Positions 51,238-63,696 of a stretch of 64,000 nt of DNA are shown here, one piece after another. Under the pieces are notes generated by a model, which was not told where the DNA came from, made no database searches, and saw nothing but the letters and a program-made list of their open reading frames with translations. Within the stretch, counting starts at the first letter, position 1; every line of letters begins with the position of its first letter. The position numbers and the translations under genes are program-made. The DNA comes from Mobula hypostoma (taxonomy: Eukaryota): positions 20,708,001-20,772,000 of the forward strand of contig NC_086106.1 in assembly GCF_963921235.1 (NCBI RefSeq), given 5' to 3'.

Positions 51238-51309
51238 TTGTTCAACGATCAGAGTAGTTGCATTTCCAAGAATAAGCTTAGTTTCCATCGTGTTACAGTT
51301 ACAAAATCT
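51238..51309 (-). pseudogene. TCR-type J copy 2 (J 51238-51293), RSS spacer deleted
   Basis: TMETKLILGNATTLIVEQ|gtaagt. One C is lost relative to copy 1, so the donor phase changes. Heptamer tacagtt abuts nonamer acaaaatct with no spacer. Confidence 0.8.
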
Positions 51310-51546
51310 TTCGGGATTCCCTCACATTCCCCGGTAGCTGGCTGTCTTGTCTTCCAATGATAAAGCCGGCCAGGAAAGCACGATTGCCTCTACCAGTCAG
51401 CCACCCATGTAATAGGATCAAAGCGTGGATATTCGGTGGTTGATAAAGAACAGAAAATGGTCATTAAATGCGGCGGAAATTTCCTGGCTGCCAATGCCGC
51501 TTGATATTAACCGATCTGCCTTCAGGACGAGGTCCTGCGACTGAGA

Positions 51547-51622
51547 AGTTAATGTTTGGTCGCGAATGGCATTTCAGATTCTGTGTCTACCACACACTGT
51601 GTTATACGGCAATACAAAAAAC
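51547..51622 (-). other. D2 copy 2 (TGTGGTAGA) with 12/23 RSS
   Basis: On +: agttaatgt-23-ttctgtg [tctaccaca] cactgtg-12-acaaaaaac. Confidence 0.8.
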
Positions 51623-51922
51623 TTTTTCCTCCATGTTACCCGCAGGGACACGTGAGGAAATGCCCTACTGCACAGCGAATTTGAACAGAGAGTGAGAAAA
51701 AAAAAAACAAAGCGTATCACTTGAACTGCGAAGACATTTGACCAGTGAAAGGAACAGCTTCTCTCCAACGGAATAATTTTCAGAATTCACAAAGCAGGCT
51801 ACATGCATTCATCATAGAACAGTGCAGAACGAGCGCAAGGTTAATAGAAAAACCACACGATTTCCGCATCAAAGCAACATTTGAAGCTGAGCAGTGGGGG
51901 TGTCAATGCATTGCAACTACGA

Positions 51923-52002
51923 GGTTAATGTACGGCAGCTGATGGCATTTCAATTCCTGTGCATATCGTAGTACCACAGTGAAACAAGTCAATACAAAAA
52001 TC
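51923..52002 (-). other. D1 copy 2 (GTACTACGATATG) with 12/23 RSS
   Basis: On +: ggttaatgt-23-tcctgtg [catatcgtagtac] cacagtg-aaacaagtcaat-acaaaaatc. Confidence 0.85.
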
Positions 52003-52099
52003 TTTCTCTCAGTCACATGACCATACACATAACGCTTTCAAGGCTGTGACCACGTCACTGTGAATGCTACTGAATGAAATAAAATCTGTATAAGCATGA

Positions 52100-52410
52100 G
52101 TGCCAGTAGACGTCCAGAATCGGTGTCAGTGACAAGACCTTTAAGAGGCTCGGCCATCGAATGGTTGAGCCATTGCAGCGCGTCATGAATGCGACAATAT
52201 TTATTGTCGATTCAGCCCCCACTTCCGAAACCTTTTCGATTTATTAAATGTCCGGCAAGTTAACGAATTCAGCCCTGGATACCCAATTGCCTACTAAACC
52301 CTTGTAATCGAATGGGCCAGCAGTATTTGCAAAGTCAACAATGTTCCCAGTGATGGAATTTCTGACAATTCCAATCCTGCAAGTCGGAGCCCGAACTCCG
52401 AGTCGATTTC
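52100..52410 (-). pseudogene. Degenerate TCR-like V exon upstream of D1, copy 2
   Basis: Paralog of 1045-1365. Reads ...NWV...AEFV... and LLKVLSLTP..DVYW; the splice acceptor is lost. Confidence 0.4.
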
Positions 52411-54249
52411 GAGGATATCCAGCCAAAGGAGAACGCTATCCTATGCAGAATATTGTCTGCCTTAAAATAGTTACTGTTCTTATTTCAAGTGACACTCGGA
52501 TATTCATACACAACATCCATTCATTAATGATTATTCCTCATGAACTAAACACAACAACTACTCACAATAATTCTGATTAACAGATTTATACGATCCTCAT
52601 CAACCACAACACCGCTGCGCTATCCTGAATTCAAAGTTTTCTTTGCGGAATGCACGATATATTCTACTCCAACGTTCTCTCTCTGAAAGTTTTCTGCGGT
52701 TTTCTCCTTTTTTCTCACCCACATCTCGGAAATTTGTGCTCATAGCAATCTTGGTTTACCGTGCAGGTCTTCCCTCTCGGCATTTGGTTATTGGTGGATT
52801 ATTTTAAAGAAGTTTTTTGTTCGTGTTTTTACTCTCTAACTGTAGATATTCACTCTGTGAGAAGAGAACCATTTATTCCAGCTTATTTTACGGTCAATCG
52901 AGTTTGTCACCCCACTTTTGATGGTCTCTGAAATCTTGCCATTGTATTCACTTCCACTTCTTTTCTTAAGTTTCCAGTCACTTTACACTCCGCATTTTTT
53001 TTTAATGTCTCGTGTAACACTTTTGGTATCCTTCCTCTCATCATAAATCTATGTGACCTAGGATTTCACGGTTCCAACTTGGCATGAAAACGCTGACTAT
53101 CTTCCCTATCATTATCTCTCATTTTACGTATTCTACCTGGTCGGCCATCAGCCTCCACTGCTCAAGATAAAGAAATCCTAATTTGTCTAAACTACCGCCA
53201 TACACTCCAAACCAGATAGCATACCGGTGACCTTTTCCGCGCTATTTCGAAAGCCTGTCATCCTGCCTAAAATGAGACGACGAGACGAGAACGATTCATA
53301 CCATTCAAAAGGCGATCAAACCACCATCTTATATGCAAGACCATAAGATGTAAGAGCAGAATTCCGCCATTTGGCGCAAACAGTCTGCGCCGCCATTTCA
53401 TCATGGCTGATCGAATTTTCCTCTTAGTCCCAATCTGCTGCCGTCTCCCCATATAACTTCATGGCCTGACCAATCAAGAATCTATCAATCTCTGCCTTAA
53501 ATATACTTAAAAACGATTTTGCCTCCACAGCTGCCTGTGACAAATAATTTCACAGATTCACCACTGTATGGCTGAAGAAATTCCTCCTCATCTCCATTTT
53601 AAAAGGACCACCATTTATTCTGACGCTCTTTACTCTGGCTTTGGACTCTCCCACCAGAGTAAACATCGTCTGCACAACGACTCACCATTCACCATTCGCT
53701 CGGTTTCAGTAAAATTCTGGTGAATACAGGTCTATAGCCATCAAACTGTCTTCACATGGAAAGCGATTCCATTCTGGAATAATTTTCGTCAGTTGCCTTT
53801 GATTCCTCTACAGTTTCAGCACATCCATTCTAAGATAAGGGGCCCAAGCCTGCTCTCAATGCTCTACGTGTAGCCTCACCAGTGATTTATAAACTTTCAA
53901 TATCGTACCTTTGCTTTTATATACCGGTACTCTTGAAATGAATACCGACATGGTATTTGCCTTCCTCACCACAGAATGAACGTGCAAGTTAAAAGTTAAG
54001 GAATCCTGCAAAGGGAATCTCGGGTCCCTTTGCAACTCGTTGGTTTGTATTTTCTTTACATTTAGAAAATCGTCATTTATTTTCTACAACCAAAGTGCAC
54101 GAACATACATTGCCTACCACTATATTCTATCTGTCATTTCATTGCCAATTATTCTAATGGTCTAAGTCCTCTGTAGCCCCTCTACATTCTCAAGATACAT
54201 GCTCCTCCACATCATTGACATAGAACGTAAAACGAAACGGTTTTAACTC

Positions 54250-55739
54250 TGTCATGAAGGAGATGTCGTTGAGAAGACCCAAATGCAAGACACAGACACT
54301 GAAGTACTAGGAACAAACTTGACTAGAGAGCGGGGACAAACACAAAGACTTGGGCTAGGACATTGGCTAGGTAAGCGGGCCCAGGACAAGGAACTGGGAA
54401 CAGGGAGCCTGAGCTTGGTCTCCGAGCCAGAGACTAGACAAGGACCCAGAACCTGGGTCTTGACTCGGGCTCGGACCCCGGAACTAGGTGAGGACATGAA
54501 GTGGCCACAGGACTGGACATGGTTTGGGTTCCTCATTTCTTGGGTTCTTCGAGGCGAGGACATGACGAGACTTGAGTTCTTCGGGGCAATGCCATGACGA
54601 GGGTTGGGTTCGGAATCCGAGCCAGAGACTGCACAAGGTTCCAGTACCTGTGTCTTTACTGGTGCTTGGACTTCGAAACTAGGCGAAGACATGACGTTGT
54701 CTTGGGAGACAGGACTAGGCGAGACTACAGGACAGAACGAGAGACACATGGGTAGGAAGAGGGAACTCCAGCACAGGACGAGGCACATGGATAGCACGAG
54801 AACACTAAGCCTTGACTTGGACTCAGAAACAGCCGAGCCTTGGATTCTGGACGACAGGAACGCAGAACACAGAGCTGTGTTCTTGGGGAGGACAGGAACA
54901 CAGAGTCTTATTGCAGAGCACGGGAACTCGGAGCCTAGGCCATGAGAGACAGGAAGACAGCAACATTGAACACAGAGCCGGGACCCCTTTCTTGGGAACA
55001 GGACTTAGGGCCGGGACCCGTACACGGAACACAGAGCCAGGACCGGACTTGGGGCTGGGTCTCTAATCAGAATGCTGAACAAGACGAGACGGTTCCCAAC
55101 ACAAGGTAGCAGCAAACAGCCGGACCCACATAAAGCAGGCGTGGATACAGTCACAGTTCCGAATACTAGGTAGCAGCAAACGGCCGGACCTACCTAGCGA
55201 AGGCTTAGACACAGAGACAATTCCAACTCAACGATAGAGAGTTCCTTATCTTGACACAGAAAGGTTCCTGTCTCGTTGCGGTGGTAGAACTTAACAAGAA
55301 TTCAGGCAATGCTTCAGACACAAGTTGCAGGCAGGGCCCCAGACACAGGTTGCGGGGAAAAGCTCCAGACACAAGTTGCAGACAAAGGCTCCAGACACTA
55401 GCTGCAGGCAAAAGCTTCAGAAGAAAGGGAAAAAGAAGGAAGCAGTCCAGTCTCAGGGTAACTGCAAAGAGGTACTGGCTTACCGAACGAAGACAAGGAC
55501 AGGAAGAGACAGATCCAACCGCAGGGTAACGACAAAGACGGCCTGACTTACCCCACGGAGGCGAGGATGGGATACTGACGAGAGGACCCAGCAACCACAC
55601 TCAAACCCAGAGCCACTTATATTCCCAGCCCGAAGACGAGCATCAGGAGCCTATGATTAAGCCGAACTGAAACAAGGGACAGCCGGAAGACCCGGAGTCT
55701 TGCGTCCAGAACATGGACTTCACGCACCGGACCATGACA
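54250..55739. mobile_element. Solo-LTR-like insertion with perfect 5-bp TSD aactc
   Basis: aactc|tgtcatg...catgaca|aactc. The empty site (aagtc) is at about 3402 in copy 1. Confidence 0.9.
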
Positions 55740-56246
55740 AACTCAGATGCCCGTGGAACGTCATTAGTCACCGGCAAGTGGCAAGTAGCCAGAAAAGGCT
55801 CACTTTGTTTCCACACTTTGCCTCCTGCCAATCAATCATTCCTTTATCGATGCTAGAATCTTTCATGTAATACCATAGGCTCCTAGCTTGTTCAGCAGCC
55901 TCATGTACGGCATCTTGTCAAAGGTCTTCGGAAAAACATCACATTTTTTTTTTTGTCTCTGCTGCTTGATAATTCTTCAAATACTTCCAGAAGATTTGTC
56001 AGACAAGATTTGCCATTTTAGGAAACCATGCTGGCAAAGACTTATTTTATCATGTGCCTCCAGCTATCCTGAGACTCCATCCTTAATAATCGAATCCAAC
56101 ATCTTCCGAACCACTGTGGGCGGACTAACTAGCCTATAGTTCCTTCCTTCTTCTTTTTTCCCTTCTCGAAGTCATTTGCAATTTTTCATTCTTCTGGTAT
56201 AATTCCGGAATCTAATGATTCCCGAAAGATCATTGTTAATGTCGCC

Positions 56247-57114
56247 TGTTACGTAACCAGCAACAATGAATATTAATCGAGAGATGTTATATAAAAACAA
56301 CCAATCATTTATTAAACACGTATAAACAATAAGGTAAAAAAAAAAAAGAAAACTTTAACCGGAGGTTAACAGTTCACCAACTCCACTCGGCTCTGGTTCT
56401 TAAAGCGTTAAATGGAAAAACAGTTCTTAAAGTGATACAGTTAGATATAGTTCTGAAAGCGTTAACTTCGAAAGTCCAACAGTTTTACACATTCAGTTGG
56501 GGGAGACTTCTCTGGAGAAGGATTTCTTCACAGACGCACCTTTACTGCTGGTTATGTCCACAGGATTCCCGATGCCGAAAATAAAAGTTTAAATCGATTG
56601 GCCTTAAATTCCTTTTAGAGAGAGAGAGCAGCTTTTTGCATGAACACATTGCCCTATTGCAAGAGTTATCTCGATGCAGGTTCTCTCCAACGAAGACTCA
56701 ATAAGGTCGATTCTTTACTAAACTGCCAAATGATGCCGACTTTTCTCGATCCTTCACTTTGATTAATTCTTCACTATCCCTTCAAAACTGTCGGAATTGA
56801 GTAAATTGGCACTTCCAGCCACAAATTTCCCGTTCAATAATACAAATCTTGCAAGAGAACGCACCTTCCATTTTAAAAATGAAACTGCGTCACAAAAACA
56901 AACACGCAACAGAAACGGAGGCACAACACGTTCTACCTGGAAATCTACAAACCCAAAAACCTACTGCGTCACCTGAGTCGTCCCTTATATAGTCACGGGG
57001 CACCTGTCATCACGTGACCTCACATCAGCGGGGAAATCACATCAAGTGACCTCCAAAAGACCATTACATGATTCTCACAAAAAAAAAAGATCAGATCTCC
57101 TTGAGCATGTAACA
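56247..57114. mobile_element. LTR-like insertion (tgttac...tgtaaca) specific to copy 2
   Basis: Interrupts the CR1 sequence that is contiguous at about 3895-3910 in copy 1. Confidence 0.75.
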
Positions 57115-58249
57115 CTCTACAACCTCTGCAGCAACCACCTTCAGAACCCTGGGGTGTAAGCCATCTGGTCCAAATCATCTATCTACCTTCAGACCTTTCA
57201 GTTTCCCAAGAACGTTCTCTCTAGTCATAGTAACTTCACATATTTCCTGCTCCCTGACATCTGGAACTTCCACCATACTGCTATTGCTTTCCATAGCGAA
57301 GACTAATGCAAAATGATTATTCAGTTTGTCCGCAATTTCGTTGTTTCCCATTACTATCTTTCCAGCATTGCTTTCCAGTGGTCCTATATCCACTCTTGCC
57401 TCTCTATTACACATTATGTATCTGTAGAAACATATCCTCTTTCATACATTGGCTTTCTTACTTTCGTATTCCATTTTTACCTGGTTAGTGACTGTTTTGT
57501 TGCTTTCTGTAGTATTTGAAAGCTTTGCAATCCTGTGACTTCCCACTATTTTTTGTTCTATTACATGCCCCCACTTGGCCTTATGTTGGCTTTGACTTCT
57601 CTTGTTAGTTACAGTTTTACATCTTTCTTGTAGAAAACCACTTCCTCTTTGGAATGTAAATATCCTGTGCCTTCCGAATTGCTTTTACAAATTCCAGCCA
57701 CTGCTGCTCTGCCGTCATCCCTGCCAGTGTTACTTTTCCAATCAACCATCATCAATATTTCTTGCCAACATTTATAGGCAATTATATGTACATATCTGGC
57801 TATATATTGTTGTCGTCTTTTGGCATATTCCTTCTGAGAGACTAAAACTTAGCCATAGGGCTTGGAACTCTTGCGTGCCTTAATGACCGGTGAGCCGTGT
57901 GGTATGGCTTTTGGAAGGGTCACTCATGCTGAACAGGTCAAAGGGTGGAGGCCACACTGAGAGTAGACTACGGGTCCTCGAGGTCCGCTGGTTCTGATCA
58001 GCACAAACAATCACTACTAGTAAAAAAAAAAAATGTCCCCACTATGAAGTGATACACAGCTGAAACACTTGCCGGGCTGGGAAAGCACCTGGGATGTTCT
58101 GGAGTTACAGAAGTCAATGAAAATAAAATTGGTTACATCAAAGTATTTTCATTAAAAAAAAATAAATAGAAATAGCGTAGTTGCCAGTAATCACACTGAC
58201 AGTGTATGGTGGAAGTTCGCTGATGTGAAACATTAAATCTCTTCTTTAC

Positions 58250-58732
58250 CCCACAGGTGTTCTCTGAGCTTCTCATTGTTGGCAGTGTAGAAAGCACAAT
58301 AATGTTAGTCGGTGAGGTTTTCAGCCAGAGATCTTTTATATTTCGAGACCAGTAGGTGATGAGTATGTTTCTGTCTGGATCTGTGTTCCTCTGGGTCTTA
58401 CAAAACCACCCATCAAACTGACAGCAGGTTTCCTGGGTGAAGAGGGGAGCTTGAGCATGTTAGCTCTGCAGAGTACTGCTGTGGTAGTGGGTGGGATTGG
58501 CGATCGGTGGATTACGTGACTGCTTGGGTGGAGAGGAGAGCTGGAGCTGGTTGCGTCAACTCACAGTAAGTGTGTAATGAAAAGAAAGACAACAACAACA
58601 CTTGGGTGCTTGTAGAAAATGATCGATGGTGAATCAGCAGGCCGGGTGAAACTCGGTCTGAGTTTAGTCTGCATTGTAATAAATTGACAGAACACCGTAT
58701 TGCATTGACAACAAGTGGATAATATTATTTAT
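58250..58732 (-). pseudogene. Degenerate CH2-like exon and 3' half of a CH1-like exon, copy 2
   Basis: YPLVVNA...LLIHHRS in the CH1-like part; ELTQPAP...SAELTC...SV*W...HYC in the next exon. Confidence 0.4.
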
Positions 58733-61700
58733 CTAGCAGGCCTGAACTTCAGATTGCGGCCTCTGCCATTGATCTCGGCGGCTCCACCACCTCAGGGCAT
58801 ATTCAAAACCCGGACTCGAGCAACGACCATGGACACCTTCACAGCGATTGCGCAACCACCAACTGCGACTCCAGCCTTGAACTCCAGGCCGGGTCTTTAT
58901 GTGCTGCTATTGTGACTCCCGTCTCCCCTTCCTCCACCACCACTCTGCAACCCCGTATCCCTCAGATCCCACCGTCAACTCCTGGGCCCTTAGAGGTTCC
59001 ATCTTCCTCTCACCCCAACCCTCCCTTCTCCATTGACACCCCCAGCCTCCCCCCTCCCTCCTCTGATCCCAGCTCTCAAGATTTCAGCCTTGAAATCGAG
59101 GCCGGGTCTTTATGTGCTGCTGTTGTGACTCCCGTCTCCCCTTCCCCCACCAATACTCTGCAATCCCGTCTCCCTCAGATCCCACCGTCAACTTTTGGGC
59201 CCTCGGAGGCTCCATCTTCCTCTCACCCCAACCCTCCCCTCTCCATTGACACACCCAGCCTCCCCCCTCCCCCCTCTGATCACAGCTCTTATCCGTGCCG
59301 GGTCTTTACCATCCCCTCCGACCTTCAACTGTCGGAAGCAGAACGCTCGGTTCTCAGTAAGGCCCTCACGTTTGTCCCCCTTTGCCCACACCTCAGCGAG
59401 TTCCGTGATCGCCATGATGCGGAACTTTTCAGCCGCCGTCTCCGTCTCCGAGCCTACTTCTTCGGCAAGGACTCTTCCACCCCCACCGATGACCCCTTCT
59501 TCCGTCTTCAACCCTTCTAATCTTCATGGACACCCCGCTCTGGTCTTCTGCCTGCTCTGGATCTCTTTATCGCTAATTGCCGACGGGACATCAACCGTCT
59601 CGACTTCAACGCACCTTGTCCCCATTCCAACATCACTCCTTCGGAACGCTCTGCTCTCCACTCCCTCTGCACTACTCCTAACCTTATTATTAAACCCGCC
59701 GATAATGGGGGTGCTGTTGTAGTCTGGCGTACTGAACTCTACCTTGCCGAGGCACAGCGACAACTCGCGGATACCTACTCTTATTTACCCCTCGATCGTG
59801 ACCCTACTAAGGAGCACCAGGTCATTGTTTCCCACACCATCACCGACTTTATCCGCTCAGGAAATCTCCCATCCACTGCTACCAACCTTTTAGCTCCCAC
59901 ACCCTGCACTTCCCGTTTCTACCTCCTACCCAAGATCCACAAACCTGCCTCTCCTGGCCGACCTATTGTCTCAGCTTGCACCTGCCCCACCGAACTCATT
60001 TCTGCATACCTCGACACTGTTTTATCACGCCTTGTTCAATCCCTTCCGACCTATGTTCGTGACACTTCTCATGCTCTTAAACTTTTCGATGATTTTAAGT
60101 TCCCTGGCCCCCACCGCTTTATTTTCACCATGGATGTCCAGTCCTTATATACTTCCATCCCCCATCAGGAAGGTCTTAAAGCTCTACGCTTCTTTTTGGA
60201 TTCCAGACCTAATCAGTTCCCCTCTACCACCACTCTGCTCCGTCTAGCGGAATTAGTCCTTACTCTTAATAATTTCTCCTTTGGCTCCTCCCACTTCCTC
60301 CAAACTAAAGGTGTACCTATGGGCACCCGTATGGGTCCTAGCTATGCCTGCCTTTTGTTGGGTTTGTGGAACAATCTATGTTCCGTGCCTATTCTGGTAT
60401 CTGTCCCTCACTTTTCCTTCGCTACATCGATGACTGCATTGGTGCTGCTTCCTGCACGCATGCAGAACTCGACTTTATTAACTTTGCCTCCAACTTTCAC
60501 CCTGCCCTCAAGTTTACCTGGTTCATTTCCGACACCTCCCTCCCCTTTCTAGATTTTTCTGTCTCTGTCTCTGGAGACAGCTTATCCACTGATGTCTACT
60601 ATAAGCCTAATGACTCTCACAGCTATCTGGACTATTCCTCTTCTCACCCTGTCGCTTGCAAAAATGCCATCCCCTTCTCGCAATTCCTCCTTCTCCGCCG
60701 CATCTGCTGTCAGGATGAGGCTTTTCATCCTAGGACGAAGGAGATGTCTTCCTTTTTTTAAAAAAAGGGGCTTCCCTTCCTCCACTATCAACTCTGCTCT
60801 TAATCGCATCTCCCCATTTCACGTACATCTGCTCTCACTCCATCCTCCCGCCACCCCACTAGGAATAGGGTTCCCCTGGTCCTCACCTACCACCCCACCA
60901 GCCTCCGGGTCCAACATATTATTCTCCGTAACTTCTGCCACTTCCAACGGGATCCCACCACTAAGCACATCTTTCCCTCCGCTCCTGTCTCTGCATTCCG
61001 CAGGGATCGCTCCCTACCCAACTCCCTTGTCCATTCGTCCCCCCCATCCCTCCCCACTGATCTCCCTCCTGGCACTTATCCGTGTAAGCGGAACAAGTGC
61101 TACACTTCCTCCCTTACCACCATTCAGGGACCCAAACAGTCCTTCCAGGTGAGGTAACACTTCACCTGTGAGTCGACTGGGGTGATATACTGCGTCCGGT
61201 GCTCCTGATGTGTCCTTTTATATATAGGCGAGACCCGACGTAGACTGGGAGACCGCTTTGCTGAACATCTACGCTCTGTCCGCCAGAGAAAGCAGGATCT
61301 CCCAGTGGCCACACATTTTAATTCCACATCCCATTCCCATTCTGACATGTCCATCCACGGCCTCCTCTACTGTAAAGATGAAGCCACACTCAGGTTGGAG
61401 GAACAACACCTTATATTCCGTCTGGGTAGCCTCCAACCTGATGGTATCAACATCGACTTCTCTAACTTCCGCTAAGGCCCCACCTCCCTCTCGTACCCCA
61501 TATGTTACTCATTTTTACGCACACATTCTTTCTCTCAGTCTCCTTTTTCTCCCTATATCCCTCTGAATATACCTCTTGCCCATCCTCTGGGTCCCCCCCC
61601 CCCTTTGTCTTTCTTCCCGGACCTTCTGTCCCATGATCGTCTCGTATCCCCTTTTGCCAATCACCTGTCCAGCTCTTGGCTCCATCCCTCCCCCTCCTGT

Positions 61701-61870
61701 CTTCTCCTATCATTTTGGATCTCCCCCTCCCCCTCCAACTTTCAAATCCCTTACCTACTCTTCCTTCAGTTAGTCCTGACGAAGGGTCTCGGCCTGAAAC
61801 GTCGACTGCACCTCTTTCTTCAGATGCTGCCTGGCCTGCTGCGTTTACCAGCAACTTTGATGTGTGTTAC
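58733..61870 (+). mobile_element. Penelope-like element with perfect 13-bp TSD taatattatttat
   Basis: RT (MDVQSLYTSIPHQEG, LRYIDD) and GIY-YIG remnants with frameshifts. TSD at 58720-58732 and 61871-61883. A duplicated block of about 190 bp lies near the 5' end. Confidence 0.95.
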
Positions 61871-61883
61871 TAATATTATTTAT

Positions 61884-62045
61884 ACATCATTTGGAATCTG
61901 ACCATTGCTGGTAATGCATTTGTGTTCCATTCAGACGGTATTTGGAGACAAACAAACTGATGGTTCAGGAGTCATCAAAACGCTCGAAGGGTAAGTTTGA
62001 GAAAACTCCTTCCTTTTCAGACTTCAGTAAAAGTGATTCTGCATC
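61884..62045 (-). pseudogene. 5' half of a CH1-like exon, copy 2
   Basis: Acceptor gatgcag|AA. Reads ..FDDS*TISLFVSKY..QW, colinear with 22130-22284. Confidence 0.4.
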
Positions 62046-63034
62046 ATTTCTAATGACTCGTTTTTTAAGAAAATACACATTATTACGATGGTGTATATCT
62101 GACAACAGATCCAAATCCTTTGCAGATCATTACTAAATAAATTAAAAATTGACAGTTTCGTTGGGGTGGTATCCGTGGAATGTTCATCCTTCTCTCTCCG
62201 CTACTCATCTATTTTCATGTACTGTCTCGTTTCCCATCTCTCTGAATCCAACCTTGTGTCTGTCCATTGGAAAACTGTGTCAATGAGGTCCTTGCCCAAT
62301 ATTTCTCCTTCAGTAACATCAAAAGTGTAAATGTTATCACTTTATGTCAAAACCACTTTTACTGAATCACCAGTAACACTGTTAATGTGGGAAAGCACTT
62401 GTTAAGCAAACCCAGGCGGGACTGAAGGAGGGCAACAAATTAGAGAGGCTAATCCTGGGATATCGGCTATACGATTGCTGTATGCTGGTAGAGACCGTAC
62501 ATGACGGGACTGACACGCACTGGTGCCCTGGGGATATTGAACCATCGACCATTCTCTCAGAATATGTCTTAACCCAATCATCTTCAACGTGAAATCAGCA
62601 GAAAGTAACCCCCGATACCAATAACTTGACAGAGAAAAAAAAAATCATTGCTGTCACTGACATGGAACACGTTAAAATGCAATGAATCGCTTTGCCGCTG
62701 ACGGTAGATTTAGTTGGTGCCGATTATCATAACCCAACTTTCAGTCAAACAGTGAACTCACTCATCTAAATCGTCTGGTGTCAAGGCACAGTCTGGTGAC
62801 AAGATCCCACCCCATTCCCGTGCAGTTTGTTCCCTGTCTGTGGACAGTTCACTGTTGGGGTAGGAGAGGTCGCGCTGTACTGTTACTGGGCTCTAGAGAA
62901 ATCCAGCTAGTTTATGGAGGTTCATTTACTTGTTCTAAATATATCACTGATTTCAGTTGATTCACTGCATTCGCCAACACCGAGAATTAATAAAATACAA
63001 ACGGGTGAGGATAGAATTCAGAAGTTGGATTTAC

Positions 63035-63121
63035 CTGAAGTCACTATCAACGTGGCTCATTCGCTCCGTTTGGCCAGATATTCACTCCTCTGGGTGTCGT
63101 CACTTAGCCAATGCAATAACT
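63035..63121 (-). pseudogene. IGHJ: IgH J pseudogene with 23-RSS (J 63035-63082)
   Basis: agttattgc-23-aggagtg, then YLAKRSE*ATLIVTS and G|gtaaat. 48 nt long, the same as its paralog at 26547. Confidence 0.78.
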
Positions 63122-63696
63122 GCACTTGCCTGTCTCTGTCAAGAGGTTCGGAAACGGTCCAATTGCCGAGTGAGTGACACTGAAGCCGATCTATAGTTCA
63201 CATACGTTAATGCGAACAGTGTTAAAGGGGAAGGAAACCAATAAACGCTAGGCCAAACTGGACCGTTAATTAAAACTCTCAAATGAAAAACGAAGCATAA
63301 TGTGCGACTGAAAAGACAACTGACAATAAATAAATACCGCTAGTCTTCAGAGTCAGTTGACTGCACAGTCCAATTTTTCAGGCAAGGCAGAATGCTTCGG
63401 ACGTTCTGTGTCCAAGTCTTAACAAGTACTACGACGAAATTTATGGAGTTAAATTCAATCAGAATGAAAAAAAAAAGCTGACACATGCATATTCACGAGT
63501 GCAATTACCGAATCTGCTGCGCTGCCGAATACGTGGTTTTGACAGTCACATCCAATTAGTTCAACACCTGTCAAATTGATCCCTGTCCGAACCGGAAATA
63601 ACAGCATCCTCGATTTTCATCCCAAACTCTGAGCTTGGCTCTTCCTGGCGTGTGGATTAAAGAGGCATCTTCAGAGTTTTCCTGTCGGAGGTCACC

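Larger units (their letters stand above)
51078..58732. repeat. Segmental duplication, copy 2 of 1-5483
   Basis: Colinear with 1-5483 after removing the inserts at 54250-55739 and 56247-57114. Confidence 0.95.

Noticed and set aside
63534-63608. Possible decayed IgH D between JH and VH
   Set aside because: Only partial heptamer and nonamer matches; too degenerate to call.
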